Below are positions 14,610 through 27,502 of a stretch of DNA of 64,000 nt, in pieces. Origin of the DNA: Enoplolaimus lenunculus (taxonomy: Eukaryota); the NCBI GenBank assembly GCA_030248215.1, contig JASANG010002574.1, forward strand, positions 310,001 to 374,000, read 5' to 3'. Under the pieces are notes generated by a model. The model did not search any database, was not told the origin of the DNA, and saw nothing but the letters and a program-made list of their open reading frames with translations. A program made the position numbers and the translations under genes. Numbering within the stretch: the stretch's first letter is position 1; every line of letters starts with the position of its first letter.

Positions 14610-14940
14610 AGTACAACCAGGAGTGAATAATAACAATAGTGTGCAACTCTTGGCGTCCCGCATGGTACAAAATGTGCCACCGGGCGTTGCGTTTTTGGCC
14701 GACCCCCTTTGTTTAGAGGGGGGGTTGCTATCACATTAATACCCTTAAATTAAACTATAAGGGAAACATGTTTGACGCCGAATACATAAAGTTCCACGGT
14801 TCGCACCGATTGTACCCCCCTCTAATACAGGGGGTGGGAGCTGGCCAAAAACGCAACGCGTGCCGGGTGCATTCTTTTCTATACAGAATGTGCCCAGTTG
14901 CACACTCTTGTTATATAGCGATTATCCACTCGTGATACAA
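14610..14940. mobile_element. Unclassified TIR element (AAGAGTGTGCAACT and GGCCAAAAACGCAACG inverted blocks)
   Basis: Copies at ~19440-19915, 49545-49875, 52175-52510; no TSD resolved. Confidence 0.55.
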
Positions 14941-16490
14941 CAAATTTATAATTTTAAACGAGTTTGAAAATTGTATTTTGTACAATTTTTTGTTTAAGTA
15001 AATCACTTTGATTCCGTCATAAAATTAACTATTAACCAGTGTCGCGTAGTCAGGATTTTAATAAATTGCTTTAGACTATAGTATCCAGTAGGAAATCCTA
15101 AAGACAGTAAAAAATAGTACTTTTTTCGGCCTCTTCACAAGTTTCAAAACGAAAAATATCCCAGTATCCTTACCCTTGCATATGACCCCTATATAACCAG
15201 CTAGATTTGGAAATATATCTATTTCAACACTAAAATTCTTTATATTTTACCAATGTCTACCGCTAATTATAAAAACAATAAATTATACTCAGTCTATTCT
15301 TGTTCGATGACGCTAATTTGATTTCTTTTGGACAAACATGGCACGTAGGTTCCATATTCTCGCTTAGGGGCTTCGAAGACGGACCCATCGCCTAACCCAG
15401 TTTTAAGGGGCTGTCATTGCTTTGGTTTTGGACCTGAACAGTATTCGTGCACCAGATCTTTGGATGGCAACCAAGGGTCAGTGGAGAATAGAGCAGATTA
15501 AAAAAACCTCGTGAGCGAAACGAAACAAAATGAAGCGCATTATTTTACATTAAATGGTTTAATTTCGGACACGAAACTTTCGGTTTGGTGGGGTTTATTA
15601 CGAGTGTCGGCAATATTCCACCCTCATATTTCTGAGCAGTGTCCGTTGACATTAAAGACACCGCTGTAAGCTCGCGCTTATAGATGGCTGGAAACCGCAT
15701 GATTTATATCAGATTTTACCACTGCGAAAAGAATCAAGCTAGTTTACTATTATAACTTTGCAGACATTTTCAAACATATCAGATGATGCTCGCAGACAAT
15801 ATTTTGAATATCATATGATACTGCAGTGCAAACAGTAGATGTCACATTACGATAGCAGACAATTCAAATTTTTTGAATCTGATAGCGGATAAACGGTCAG
15901 ACAAAATGTTACCAGCTATAGTCATAGGGACATTAATTTAGGGTGTCTGTTGGCTGGCAAAAAAAATCGAAGCATGAACAAATTGGTAATCATTTTTGGC
16001 TCTGTAAAGTTCAACTACAATAAATTACTGATAAGTTAACTCATCGACAAAAATCGAATAGATAAATGATGCAGAATTTTTACGCAACATATCACAACAA
16101 GTAGACCTAAAATTAAAAAGACAGAATTCCATTTCCGATTATTGTGCAATCAGAATAAGAATCAGAATCAGAACTCGTTTTGAGTCGGACTTCTAATCGG
16201 AATCGGAATTCCAGTTGCACCAATATATACATATATATACGTTTGGAACTGCGGAGTATATATTGATAATTATATTTAGTTTGTCAAACTTTATGCGAAC
16301 GAAATAATTTGAGCAAAATCAGCTAAACTTCCAGTTTTCCGTTTGGCTTAAAATGAAAATTACAACGTTTGAAAACAAATCAGAAACATCGAACAAGCAA
16401 ATGTTCAGATATTTTTTGCGCAAAATCTAATTTTAACCGTAAAGAAATGTTTCAAAACAGCTGCGTATTGGCTGTTTTGAAAACAAATAA

Positions 16491-16696
16491 GGGTTGTGCT
16501 ATACTTTTTTGATCTGCGGCGTCGTCCGGCGTCGTCCGTCAACCGTACGGCTCCATCCGTCACCCGTGACGGACCGCGCCGTCCGATTGACGCACAGTTA
16601 TCGACGGCGCCGTACGGGTGACGCACGGTGACGGACGGGCGCCGTACGAGTGATGTACGGTAACGGACGGCGCCGGACGTCAAGTATACTACAGCC
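16491..16696. mobile_element. Second copy of the CpG-rich Harbinger-type MITE
   Basis: TAA|GGGTTGTGCTATACTT ... AAGTATACTACAGCC. Confidence 0.65.
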
Positions 16697-17203
16697 GTTG
16701 GTTTAGCTCGCTTTATAGTTTGTTGACAATACAGAATTTTTCATGTTGAACTTTTCGAACTGAACGATTACTATTCGACTCGAGAGTTGAGTACGAAACA
16801 ACACGGGTTACACCCAAATTTTACCTTTGTACTGGTTCTAAGTTGGGACTTATCCTTAATCAGCTCCCATATATTTTTAATATTGAAATAACCTCGACAA
16901 CCAAATGAGCAAGAACCCAGACGTAATTTTAGTATTAATGGTCATAAACGTCTCACAATAAAAGTTATGTTATTGACGCTCGACCATAGTCAGACCCAAT
17001 AAAGGGGGGTGGGTGAGGTACGAGCCCCCCTCGATTTTGAACAGTGGGATGGCACGTGTTCCTGTACGCTCCCGATTCCTGCGCCTTATATTTATGAACA
17101 AATCCAATTAGTAAATAATTTTTGGACACTTTTTGTACGGGAAAACTTTTCAGTTGATTTTTTGTTGTGAATAGCAGCTGTATTATTGGTGTATAAACAA
17201 ATT

Positions 17204-17446
17204 GGTCCATGTTACTTTTAGGGGCGTCCATGTTTCTGGCGGATCTATAAATGTGTAGGTTTAGGTTTTAGATTACATTTTTTTGCTTAGACTTAGTCTT
17301 AGGCTTAGGTTTAGGAATACGCTTTTGCAACGCTTAGGCTTAGGCTTAGGCTGCTTTTAGGCTTAAGAACACAATGTTGCAACGCTTAGACTTAGGCTTA
17401 GGAATACGCTTAATCTACTGTTACTGCCCTAAAAGTAACATTGGTC
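17204..17446. mobile_element. TTAGGC-bearing MITE, subfamily B
   Basis: TIRs plus TSD AACAAATT/AACAAATA. Confidence 0.75.
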
Positions 17447-17766
17447 AACAAATAAATGTCGACTTTCTACTTTTCAATCAAAATAGCGACGTTTTTAAGC
17501 GTTTTAAAATTGAATGTCTTTAGCATGTAATAGAGACACTTTTTTAGTTTACATTCTACAACCGAATGATTCCTGAAAGCGTCCATAATTTGAATGGACA
17601 CTAACCAGGATGGGGAGTCCGTCGATTTCGAAACCTGCGAACTAAAGCGGTTCTGATACTCGAAGGCAAAAAGTACAATTAAACATTAATTCATTAGAAA
17701 TTTTAGCTGATGTAATAATGAAGCGATTGAACACTCAACCGACGTTCAGATGGCATTAATCATTTT

Positions 17767-17929
17767 GGTCAATGTAAACAGTAGGGGCGGAACAGTATTT
17801 TAAGCATATTCCCCACCCTAAGCCTAAGCCTAAGCCTAAAAGCCAAGCAAACAAAATTAGTCTAAAGCTTAAGCTTACTCTATTGCAGTCCAACAGAAAA
17901 ACGTTCCGCCCCTGATCTTTACTTGGGCC
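17767..17929. mobile_element. TTAGGC-bearing MITE, subfamily A' (AAAGATCAGGGGCGG)
   Basis: Exact 8-bp TSD ATCATTTT. Confidence 0.8.
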
Positions 17930-17954
17930 ATCATTTTCAACAACGCCTTTGTAC

Positions 17955-18404
17955 CTGAATTGTGCCACGCCTTTGAGACGACGGAATCATCACCGTGGAC
18001 GGATTTGATTTTTGAAAATGAACACCAGCGAAGCCACCACCACCACCGCTGCCGCTACAACGCGCTGCCGGTATCAGTCGATACAGATCTGGTGAACATC
18101 TGACTGGCGATCCGACTGGAGTCGCTCGCGACACTTTTGGCGAATCGCAAATTTGGTGGCTGTTGTTGCCATCGTTGTTGTCCAGTTGTGGTCGAGTGGT
18201 GCAAAGGTTTGGACGAAGATGTTTCAACGATGATATTCGATTGAATTGTAAACGATTCGGCGAATTTTGAGTTGCGTTCGAATGAAGCTGTTGTGGTGCG
18301 TTTGAGGAACGCTTGTCGGAGTTGAAATGACGCGTTGAAATTTCGAAGGTGACGAGCTCGGAGTTCACTGGATCGACAACTGACTGTTGAACGTTTGACG
18401 GCAT
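17955..18404 (-). CDS. Probable first coding exon (150 codons) of an unidentified gene; low-complexity S/N/P/Q-rich N-terminus
   Basis: ATG at 18404 (in-frame TAG upstream), open frame MPSNVQQ...SQRRGTIQ ending at donor CAG|GTACAA (17955/17954), phase 0; non-repetitive and more GC-rich than the flanks; possible acceptor TTTAAG near 18470. No downstream exon recognised. Confidence 0.6.
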
Positions 18405-18562
18405 TGGCAATCGCGAGTCGTTTGTGTGTTGCTATTGTTGCAGTTGTGATCGTTGTAAGCTTCCGTTCTTAAACATTAATACAACTCTCATACAGAAAAT
18501 ATAAGTAACAGCAAATAGCGAACAATCAGAGTAAAACCGAAAAATAAAATTAATTGTATGCA

Positions 18563-18772
18563 CACAGCAAAAAATAGTGAGTCAAATTGACTTTCTCCGA
18601 AATAGGCTCTACGGGACTACACAAATTGAGTCAAAATTCGAATCCGGCAGAGTCAAATTCGATTCACTGAGTCGCATGTTCGACTCTGGCGGAGTCGAAT
18701 TTGACTCAGTTTATGCAGTCCCGTAGAGCCTATTTCGGAGAGAGTCAATTTGACTCACCATTTTTTGCAGTG
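18563..18772. mobile_element. Palindromic CACTG (CMC/EnSpm-Mirage type) MITE
   Basis: Long TIRs CAC[A/T]GCAAAAAAT[A/G]GTGAGTCAAATTGACT; 2-bp TSD CA. Confidence 0.75.
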
Positions 18773-18822
18773 CAATAGTCACCATTACACCGCTGGTGCA
18801 GTAGTTGAACCTTGGTTTGTCC

Positions 18823-18976
18823 GGCCCATGTAAAGATCAAGGACGGAGAGTTTTTCTGTAGGACTGAAAAGCTTAAACTTTAAACTAATTTTTTGCTTGG
18901 CTTAGGCTTGCGCTTAGGCTTACGCTTAGGAGTATGCCTACAATATACTGGTCCGCTCCTGTTCTTTACATTGGCC
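18823..18976. mobile_element. TTAGGC-bearing MITE, subfamily A'
   Basis: Exact 8-bp TSD GTTTGTCC. Confidence 0.8.
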
Positions 18977-21900
18977 GTTTGTCCTATCGGCAACTTTTCA
19001 TTTGAATGAAAATTTCCAGTAGTCACCATTTTATAGTTTACCGAGATTGCGAAAATCAGATATCTTTTAGGCATAATAAAATTCGGGCCTAAATACTTTT
19101 GAGTTGCCATACAGATCATCGAATATTTTCATCAGTTCAACCAAGAGCCGATAATGACTGTTTACACAAGAGTGTGGTTTACAGCTTGCGAGTTAAAATC
19201 AACTCATTGGCATTTGCAGTGAGCTGGAATTTGTTGTTTTCTTAAAATATGCGCACTCTTTAATGTAAGAGCGTTAGTTCCGTTTTTCGCATGCTAGCAT
19301 GATCAGTTTGGCGGGGGAGGGGGTCAAGATTATGTACACAACAAACAAACCAGGAAACAAAATGATAATGAGGTCAAGAATATGAGCGAGACCATTTTGC
19401 ATCATAACATTTATATTTGCATCTTCAATTTCGTGGTTTCAACCACTGCCCCCGCTCACCAAATAAGGGGGGTCGGCCAAAAACGTAACGCGCGTTGGGT
19501 ACATTTTTTCTACACAGACTGTATCCAGTTGCACACTCTTGTTTTATAAAGAGCATTTTATATGGTCCTCTTGGTTGTATCCAAGAGTGGATGATCACTC
19601 TATCAAGAGTGTGCAACTACCGAAATTTGTTCGGTACAAAATGTACCGCCGGGCGTTGCATTTTTGGCCGACCCCCTGCCTTATTTAGAGGGGGGGGGTA
19701 GTTGGCATGGTTTTAAACTTATAAACCACGTTAGTTTTCAAGTGCAACATTTCATCGTGTAAAATTGAAAAATTGTCAAACTTGACGCCCTTTAATAAAC
19801 TGAGGATAGGCCAAAAACGCAACGCACGCTGAGTACATTATTTTCTATACAGACTATATCCAGTTGCACACTCTTGTTTATAAACAGCATTATCTGCTGC
19901 ACTTGGTTGTGCCAAGTCATTTTTTTTGCTTCCGACTCCAGTTTTTATAAATACTTCCTGCTAATTTGAACGGCAACGCGAGAATGACAAATCATTTTTG
20001 CAATAAAAATTTTCCATACAACTGATTTATAAACAACTTTAAAATACTATGCTCATATTCTCAAATGTGTATATCAGCTATCGCGAATTGGTAATAAACC
20101 GTGTTGAACTGATTCATCTTATGTCTTGGAATCTAAGGCATTTTTTGCATTCACTTAACCCTGCGGTGACGTGCAATTTTATTTATGAAGCTTTAGTTGA
20201 TGGCTTGTTTTAGATTCTATTACTAACTGACAATAGGTGCTATTAATAGCTGAGAATATAGTTTTCCCCGGTTATTAATATTACCTCATCCAAGTTGTTT
20301 TCAGCGTAAATATCTATTCAATCTGTATCCGTTCTCGTTATCTTCACAAAGGTGTACATCAACTGATACGCAATGCAACAACGCAAAACGACATTACAGT
20401 GGACTATTAATAGCAATTTAATAAAACTAGTCAACGTGGATATATATATTCTGTCTCTTCTTTACAACAATCATTACAACAGGTGGAATGCTGCCCAAAA
20501 TACGTATGTGAGGCGTTCCAGTTTTAAAGATGTTTCAAATATTTTCCAAAAAAACAAAGTTGTAGGAATAATTTCATACTCAACACAGCAATTAGAAACA
20601 ATAGATTTGAAGACACAATTTTATGCCAGTTCGGAACTGACTATTGCATCAAAACGTCGAATACTGTTGCAAACAAAATAGCTTCGTAATTAAGCTAAAC
20701 TTTAATCATAAATTTATTTAAATTATTTAGTCCGCTGACGTCTAGCAGGTGGGACTTGGGCTGGTTAAATTTCTACGCCAAACTCGTTTGGGGGGGGGAG
20801 ATTTTTGCTGTTGACAGCATAAGTAAATAATCGCATTTTGGTGGAGTAATGAGAACAATTATCACACCCAAGCTTGCGTGACAGTGGCATCAGTGGCGGA
20901 TAAAGGATCTCAAAATGGGGGGGGGGCAAAATTTCACAGGTAAACATATTTTTGACCCATACTGTAGTGATCCCAATAAGAGGGGGTTCCCATTTTGAGT
21001 CCCAATTAATACGAGTCCGTATCCCTAATAAGAATCCGTAAGTGGGTAGAGTCCTTAAACCCTTGTTAGAGTCCATAAATGTCTATTATCCCTAATTGTA
21101 GCGCATAAATGACTCCAGGGCCAAGAAACTTTTAAACCGTGCTTACTATTGTGTATAAAACAGAGAAATAAACAGCGTAGAACCGCAATTGACACTATAT
21201 AATTTTTATCGTGATGCTGTTGTGGGAGGCCACGGCCGGGGTGCCCCCTGTGTATCCGCCATTGAGCAGCACTTCAAATATTGCAATCATTTAAACGTTG
21301 CGTTTTTCATTGAACCACATGCGAAGTTCATTACAAAGAACGGACCTTTAAAATTTGGTACCAGTCAAAGTCTACGATATCATCACGGCACTAAATTATT
21401 CAAAAATTACGTCATTCGCACCGCAAACATGACGTCAAAATAGCTTAAAATGTGTAGCCAATGTATAGAACAGTGTCGTAACAGTAGCATAAACACATTC
21501 CTTAAGGTAAACTGAAACGTAAAGAATAAGCTTTTATTCCTAAGCCTAAGCCTAGGCAAAAAATTAATAGTGTAAAGCTTAAACGTACTCTATTACAGTT
21601 TCACGGCTAAACGGTCTACCCCGTGACCTTTACATTGGCAAAAGGGGTTAAATTGAAGTTTAATCCTAAGTATTAGCTTAGTTTAAATACTAAGTTTAAG
21701 AAATTTCTAAAAAACACTAAAAACATCATTTTTTTGTTTTAAAATGCAAATTTGAAACAAAATTTTCTCACTCGCTACACTGCTTACAAGAAATGTTCAA
21801 ATGAAATCATTCTCCCGTTGAATAAATCCAGATGTCGCTTTGTACAACGTTTCGAGTTCGCATTTTGAGTCCCAAATCGATAGGAGTCCGTGTCGTTAAT

Positions 21901-22755
21901 AAAAGTCCGTTAGCGGTAAAAGTCCTTGAACCCTGATTAGAGTCCATAATTGTCAATTATCGCTAATTGTAGTGCATAAATGACTGCAGGACCAAATAAA
22001 GTTGAGTATGAATCTTTAAAGCTAAGCTTTCCAAGTACATTCCCAAGTATAACCTTGCATTATCGCTCAAGCTCTTGATACCACACAAAAAACGTTTACT
22101 TCAACGGATACATGCAATACCAGATATAGCAATATCGAACGGCATCGGAGGGTGGGATAAAAATAAATAACAGTCCGTAATCGAATAGCAGGATGGTTCC
22201 CTCTGGAGCTGCCAAATAAATATCAGTTCCAATATTATTCGGGTCACTACAGTACAGGTCAAAATCTAAATCACATTAATGTTTTAAATGATTACTCATG
22301 TTAACGATAATTTTAAGCTTAAAATTATCACCCCGGCATTGTAATATTACAGATATTGCGACGAATCCCCCTTATTCACTATACCGCTGTGTATGGTCAG
22401 TTTGCTGTCAATAAAACGCAGGGTAATAAATCTTTTAACTTATTGCAATTGCACAACGGTTTTGACGGTAATATGCAAACACAATCCTTTGAGAGTTGCC
22501 AGCTAAAATTGTGGGGCGCTTTTATGTTCTGTTGAACAAAGTTTCTAAATCAGGGTCCATATTATCAAATGTGTATAACAACTATATTATCATGTTTAGT
22601 GATCGGTTTTCAAACTCACTAACTATTGCAGTTGTTGAAGTTGTAAAATTTATACAGAAGTGTAAATCATGTGCAAAAAATGTGCTGAATTTTGAGCGTC
22701 AGTATTCACTGGTTCGAATGTTATAAGACCTATCACCAACTGGTGATAGGTGCTG

Positions 22756-23148
22756 CTGTAGTGACCCGAATAAGAGGGAGGCTGATATTTATTTGGCCTC
22801 TCCAGCGGGATCCCACTTGAGATTCGGTTACGGACTGTTATTTATTTCTAAACCGCCCTGTGCCACCCTTCGTTACTCATAATTATATTTGTCTTGTGTC
22901 AATAGCTTGAGCGTACTTAGGAATGTACTTGCAAAATGTAAGTACGCTTTAAAGTTTCGAACCTAAATTATTTGGTCCTGGAGTTCTTTATCCACTTCAA
23001 TTAAGGATAATTGACACATATGGGGACTAATTAGGGTTTAGAGACTGTATCCGCTTACGGACTCTTATTATGAGATACGAACTGCTATTGATTGGGACTC
23101 AAAATGGAGACTCCATCTTATCACCCCCTCTTATTCGGATTACCACAG
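22756..23148. mobile_element. Tc1/mariner-type MITE, opposite orientation
   Basis: CTGTAGTGACCCGAATAA ... TTATTCGGATTACCACAG|TA; inserted into the GATAGGTGCTA-TACAC repeat. Confidence 0.7.
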
Positions 23149-23495
23149 TACACACCTTTGAGCATACGAGTCCTGCATCTCAGATTGCCGTATACACATT
23201 TGTGAAATAAAAAACCCAAAGACGCGTTGGATAAAGATAGTAATTGAAAATTTTTTCCAATTAATGTAAAACGTTTAATCTGTTTCTGTTGAAAATCTTC
23301 AAATTTCAAACAAAAAACAATTTCTACCGAAGCGTATTAAATATGTACGCATAAGAACCTATCATATGGAATACGAATTTTTCTGGAGGCAGAAATAGAA
23401 AGTTTTGAAGTTTTAAATATATGCCGTGCCGTTGGCGCATTACCAAGAAACTCGTCAACCTATGTGCCCTAAAATCATCGAAAAATCTTTTTAAG

Positions 23496-23580
<85 letters not shown>

Positions 23581-24048
23581 TATATTGTTTTTTCTACTGT
23601 TGTTTGTGTTTTAAGGCTTTGGAGAGCGTTCAAATTGAAATTTGACGTGACAACATTGCGAAGAAACTTTTAAGCCTTCTGGCAAATAATATCTGTCAAC
23701 TTAATAACATATTAAATACCTAAGAAATTTATATACGGGCTTAAAATTTCAGTTTTGTCTAAACTAATCACGCCAAGCAATCTTTAATATTGCTAAATTT
23801 GATTATACGGACGGTGAATTTTCAAATTTAGTTTCATAGATTAGTTAAAATTATTTACAATATGCGGACGTGGATACACATAGGCTGATTTAAGGGGGGA
23901 GGGGCGCCAGCCAGCCATAGTCCCCTAATTTCGATGAAACCCAAAGCGCAATTTGGTGGAGTTTTCCCGTAGGTTTTGCCACAAAGTCTAGGACGACGCC
24001 GATAATCGATAGTCAGACTTATTGCGATAGGCAAACGTTTCATGTTAC

Positions 24049-24292
24049 CGCCAATGTAAAGAACAGGGGCGGAACAGTATTATAAGCATATTCCTAAGCC
24101 TAAGCCTACGCGTAAGAATGAGCATACTTCTAAGCCTAAGCCTAAGCCTAAGCCTAAGCCTAAGCCTAAGCATAAGCCTAAGCCTAAGCCTAAACCTAAG
24201 CCTAAACAAAGCAAAAAAATTAGTCTAAAGCTTAAGCTTACCCTATTGCAGTCCCATAGAACAACGTTCCGCCCCTGATCTTTACATGGGCC
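24049..24292. mobile_element. TTAGGC-bearing MITE with the longest (GCCTAA)n run in the window
   Basis: TSD CATGTTAC/GATGTTAC; about 12 near-perfect hexamers at ~24130-24205. Confidence 0.8.
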
Positions 24293-24746
24293 GATGTTAC
24301 TACTCCTGACTTATGCCAGTACATGCGTACATGTATAACCTCGGTTACTTCCCATACACTTAAACATCATGCACCACAGTTGATTCCGGACGAAATGTTT
24401 TCGGAAGGACCGGGCCGTGTGGCCAGCACATATCAGCTGGACCGGCTCCGGGCCCGGCCGGCCGACGTCTCGGAATTGATTCCGGCCGAAATGTCGGAAC
24501 CGCCGTCTCTAGTTGGACCGGATCCGGGGCCGGCCTGCCGACGTATCGCGGATTAATATTCAGTTGATTCCGTGCGGCTGTTGCAATTAAAATGTAATAA
24601 AAACAAACGTTTTCGTATGCTGTAAAGTTGAACAATAAAAAAGAATAAACGTTAAACTGCAGGAAATGCGACAAACTTGCAATTGTTATACTGACAATTG
24701 GACGACGTTTGGATTTAGCTTTAACCTTTTATCCTAACACACTCAT

Positions 24747-25191
24747 TGCCTGGGTAGTGGGTTTCTAATATGTTACTTAAGTATTTACTTAAGCTATGCT
24801 AAAGTAATTACTTAAGTCGCTGACGTAATACTTAACTTTTCGAATAAAACAGGTAAAAGTCAAATGTGAGCCATTGTCATAACTAGAAAGTAATAGTTTT
24901 GCTTTATATTAAGAAGGCACCACGAGGCTACAGTATCAGTTAGACCAAGGTTAGTATTCCTGAATATTTAATCTGTAACATCGTAAATTTAGTCAGCGAC
25001 TTTAGTATTTACTTAAACTTGGGTACGCTTTTAAAAACGACAAAAAGTTTAAGTAATTACTTAGCACGTTCTGAACGAGTTTTACAACTTCAAAGATATA
25101 GACCTTTTTTCTGCCGTCACTTTAAGCTGACATCAGCAAGATATCGGTTAAGTACTAAGTCGTAGTTAAGTAAAGTTTCAAAAACCCAGCC
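24747..25191. mobile_element. Same ISL2EU-like MITE family
   Basis: Shares GAGCCATTGTCATAAC and ACGCTTTTAAAAACGACAAAA with 61821-62181; ends AAACCCAGCC|AT. Confidence 0.65.
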
Positions 25192-27216
25192 ATTGAGAAT
25201 ATTAAATTGTATACAATTCAGATTTTCAATACCAAACGTAGACTTCAAATCGAGGAAGTAAATAAAAAGACTTGATTTCTAAGCCATGATCGTACTCTTA
25301 AACGTGTTCGTAGCACCTAACACCAGTTGGTGATAAATCTTGAAACATTCAAATCACTGAACGGTCGGCGACTTAGAAAGTCAACAAAATTTACAGATTT
25401 CCTTTTTACCCTGTTTCTGTGCAAAATTTTAGATTTGCAACCGTCACAGTTAGTTTGAATACCTATTAGCAACTGGTGATAGAAGCTATACACATTTGAG
25501 AATATCGGCACTAGTGTCTACAATTAATGTTTGTCTAAAATTAATAAAATAAGCTCTATAAGTGTATATTTAAAAAATTGCAACAGTTTATGTATTTAAA
25601 ACCTGTTACCAACTGGTGATAGATGCTATACACATTTGAGAATATCGGCACTAGTGTCTACAATTAATGTTTGTCTAAAATTGATAAAAATATGCTCTGT
25701 AAGTGGATATTTTAAAAATATTGCTGTTCTGCTAAAATGTTTTGCCAGTAACTCAATAATTATTGGTTCGGTATTGCAAAACAAACCAGATTTGGTAAAT
25801 TATTTTCCGAGGGTTGTAGTCCCTTACGGTTGATCCTTAGGCATATATTAACTTGTTGGTTGAATTTTAAGTAAACAAATAAGGGCTCTTGACTCTGTGA
25901 ATAAACATTCGTTCCCGATTGTGGTTCGTGGACAGACAAAACCTCAGACGCGTAAACCAAACAAAACCTAATTTGAAATCCTCGAATTGCAAAAAACACC
26001 GATTCGCAATCGGTCCCGTGCCCAAGAGGGGCCAGGGTGGTAGCAACCGTGAACAAAATTTCGCCCCTCTGCAAAATTTTCCACCTCGTTTGTAAGTCAG
26101 CGAAAACCCGTGTATGCCGTTCCTGAAAAATCTTCCCCCTAGCAAGGCGAGCTGGCTGCGGGCATGTTCACCATTGTTCATATATCAAACACAAATATTA
26201 TATACGTGGTGAACTATTAAAAAGTTTCACGCACTATCAACTATATCATAAAATCAGACGCCGCAGCCAGAGGACAGCCAGGCGAACCCCTGGGCCCCGG
26301 CCTGGAAAAATTGTGGTGCCAACCCCCTCCTTATAAAAGCTTCACGTTCGCTTGTATGTTATCAAAAACCGTTATATACCCCTCGTAAAACTTTCGCCCG
26401 CCCCCCAGGCAAGGTGAGCTGGCTACTGGATTGAATGAAAACGATTTTTGAAGCAAAACTCTAAGCTTATTTAAAATCACGGTCTGTATGCTTTTAACTT
26501 TTTCTTGTTTGACGGGAAAAGCATCGCTTTAACTCGCTAACACAGACACCCGTCTGCTAAAATTGGCTTGGACTGAGGATTTTGGTCAAGTTGGGTATAA
26601 AAAAATAGGCCTACACCTGTAAAACCAACAGGGATTTGAATGCGTATACGTGCAATATTTTCATGGCACATTTTTGTTCGGACCGGGTCAGCCGGTTCGG
26701 GTTTTAAATTAATTATGGACTTTTCACTTGGGGGATACGAGGTTGATCCAGAACTGCCCCCCGAGCGAGCTCTGAGGCCATCCTTAATGATTGTTTTGGA
26801 CGATATTTGTGTTTATTACAACTGTGACATTCCAAACAGTAGGAATTAGTAATTGAGAAACGCCGGACGACCTGATCAGGCCCGTGGAGGCAGAGCGACT
26901 GTGCCCAGCCGTACTTTTTTCGGTCGGTTTCATGTCTGGTAAAATACCGGTAACAAGCAGCCCCTAAAACGGTGAGTGAGACAGGGTAAATATGTCGTGT
27001 TTGAATCTGGTTGAAGAGTAAACAGCACCAAGCAATCTGAACAGTTTCCAAACTCAAAGTCCGAATATAAAATTTGGCTTAAGCTCTATGTAGGCGTAAA
27101 CTCAAAACCAACGCATAAAGCTAAGCGAAGGCTTAAGGCCAACGAGTTTACTCGGGGTCATTAAGATAAACTTTCGACATCTTTTACATTAATACTTTGT
27201 GCTGAGGGAAAAGTAA

Positions 27217-27484
27217 AGCCGTATTCACACGCGCAAGTTTTTGCTGCGAGAACTTGCAGCTGCAACTTGCACTTGCAAGTTTTGTCCATTCGAAAAACTT
27301 GCGGCTGCAAATAATTTATTGAAAGTCATTGTTAGGAATTAAAGTTCACATGTGTGAATAACCATGCAACTTTATTGATTTTGTTGCTGCCGCTTTCTCA
27401 TTGGCTGATGAAAAAATGCAAGTTCTGCGTGCAATTTGCAGCTGCAAGTTCTCGTAGCAAAAAATTGTATATGTGAATAGGACT
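27217..27484. mobile_element. PIF/Harbinger-type MITE (TIR AGCCCTATTCACAC)
   Basis: Long TIRs rich in TTGCAAG; TAA/TTA flanks. Confidence 0.7.
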
Positions 27485-27502
27485 TTAAGCAACTACCATG
27501 TG

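Noticed and set aside
24130..24205. True telomere or chromosome fusion point
   Set aside because: The array is short and enclosed by MITE TIRs with a TSD.
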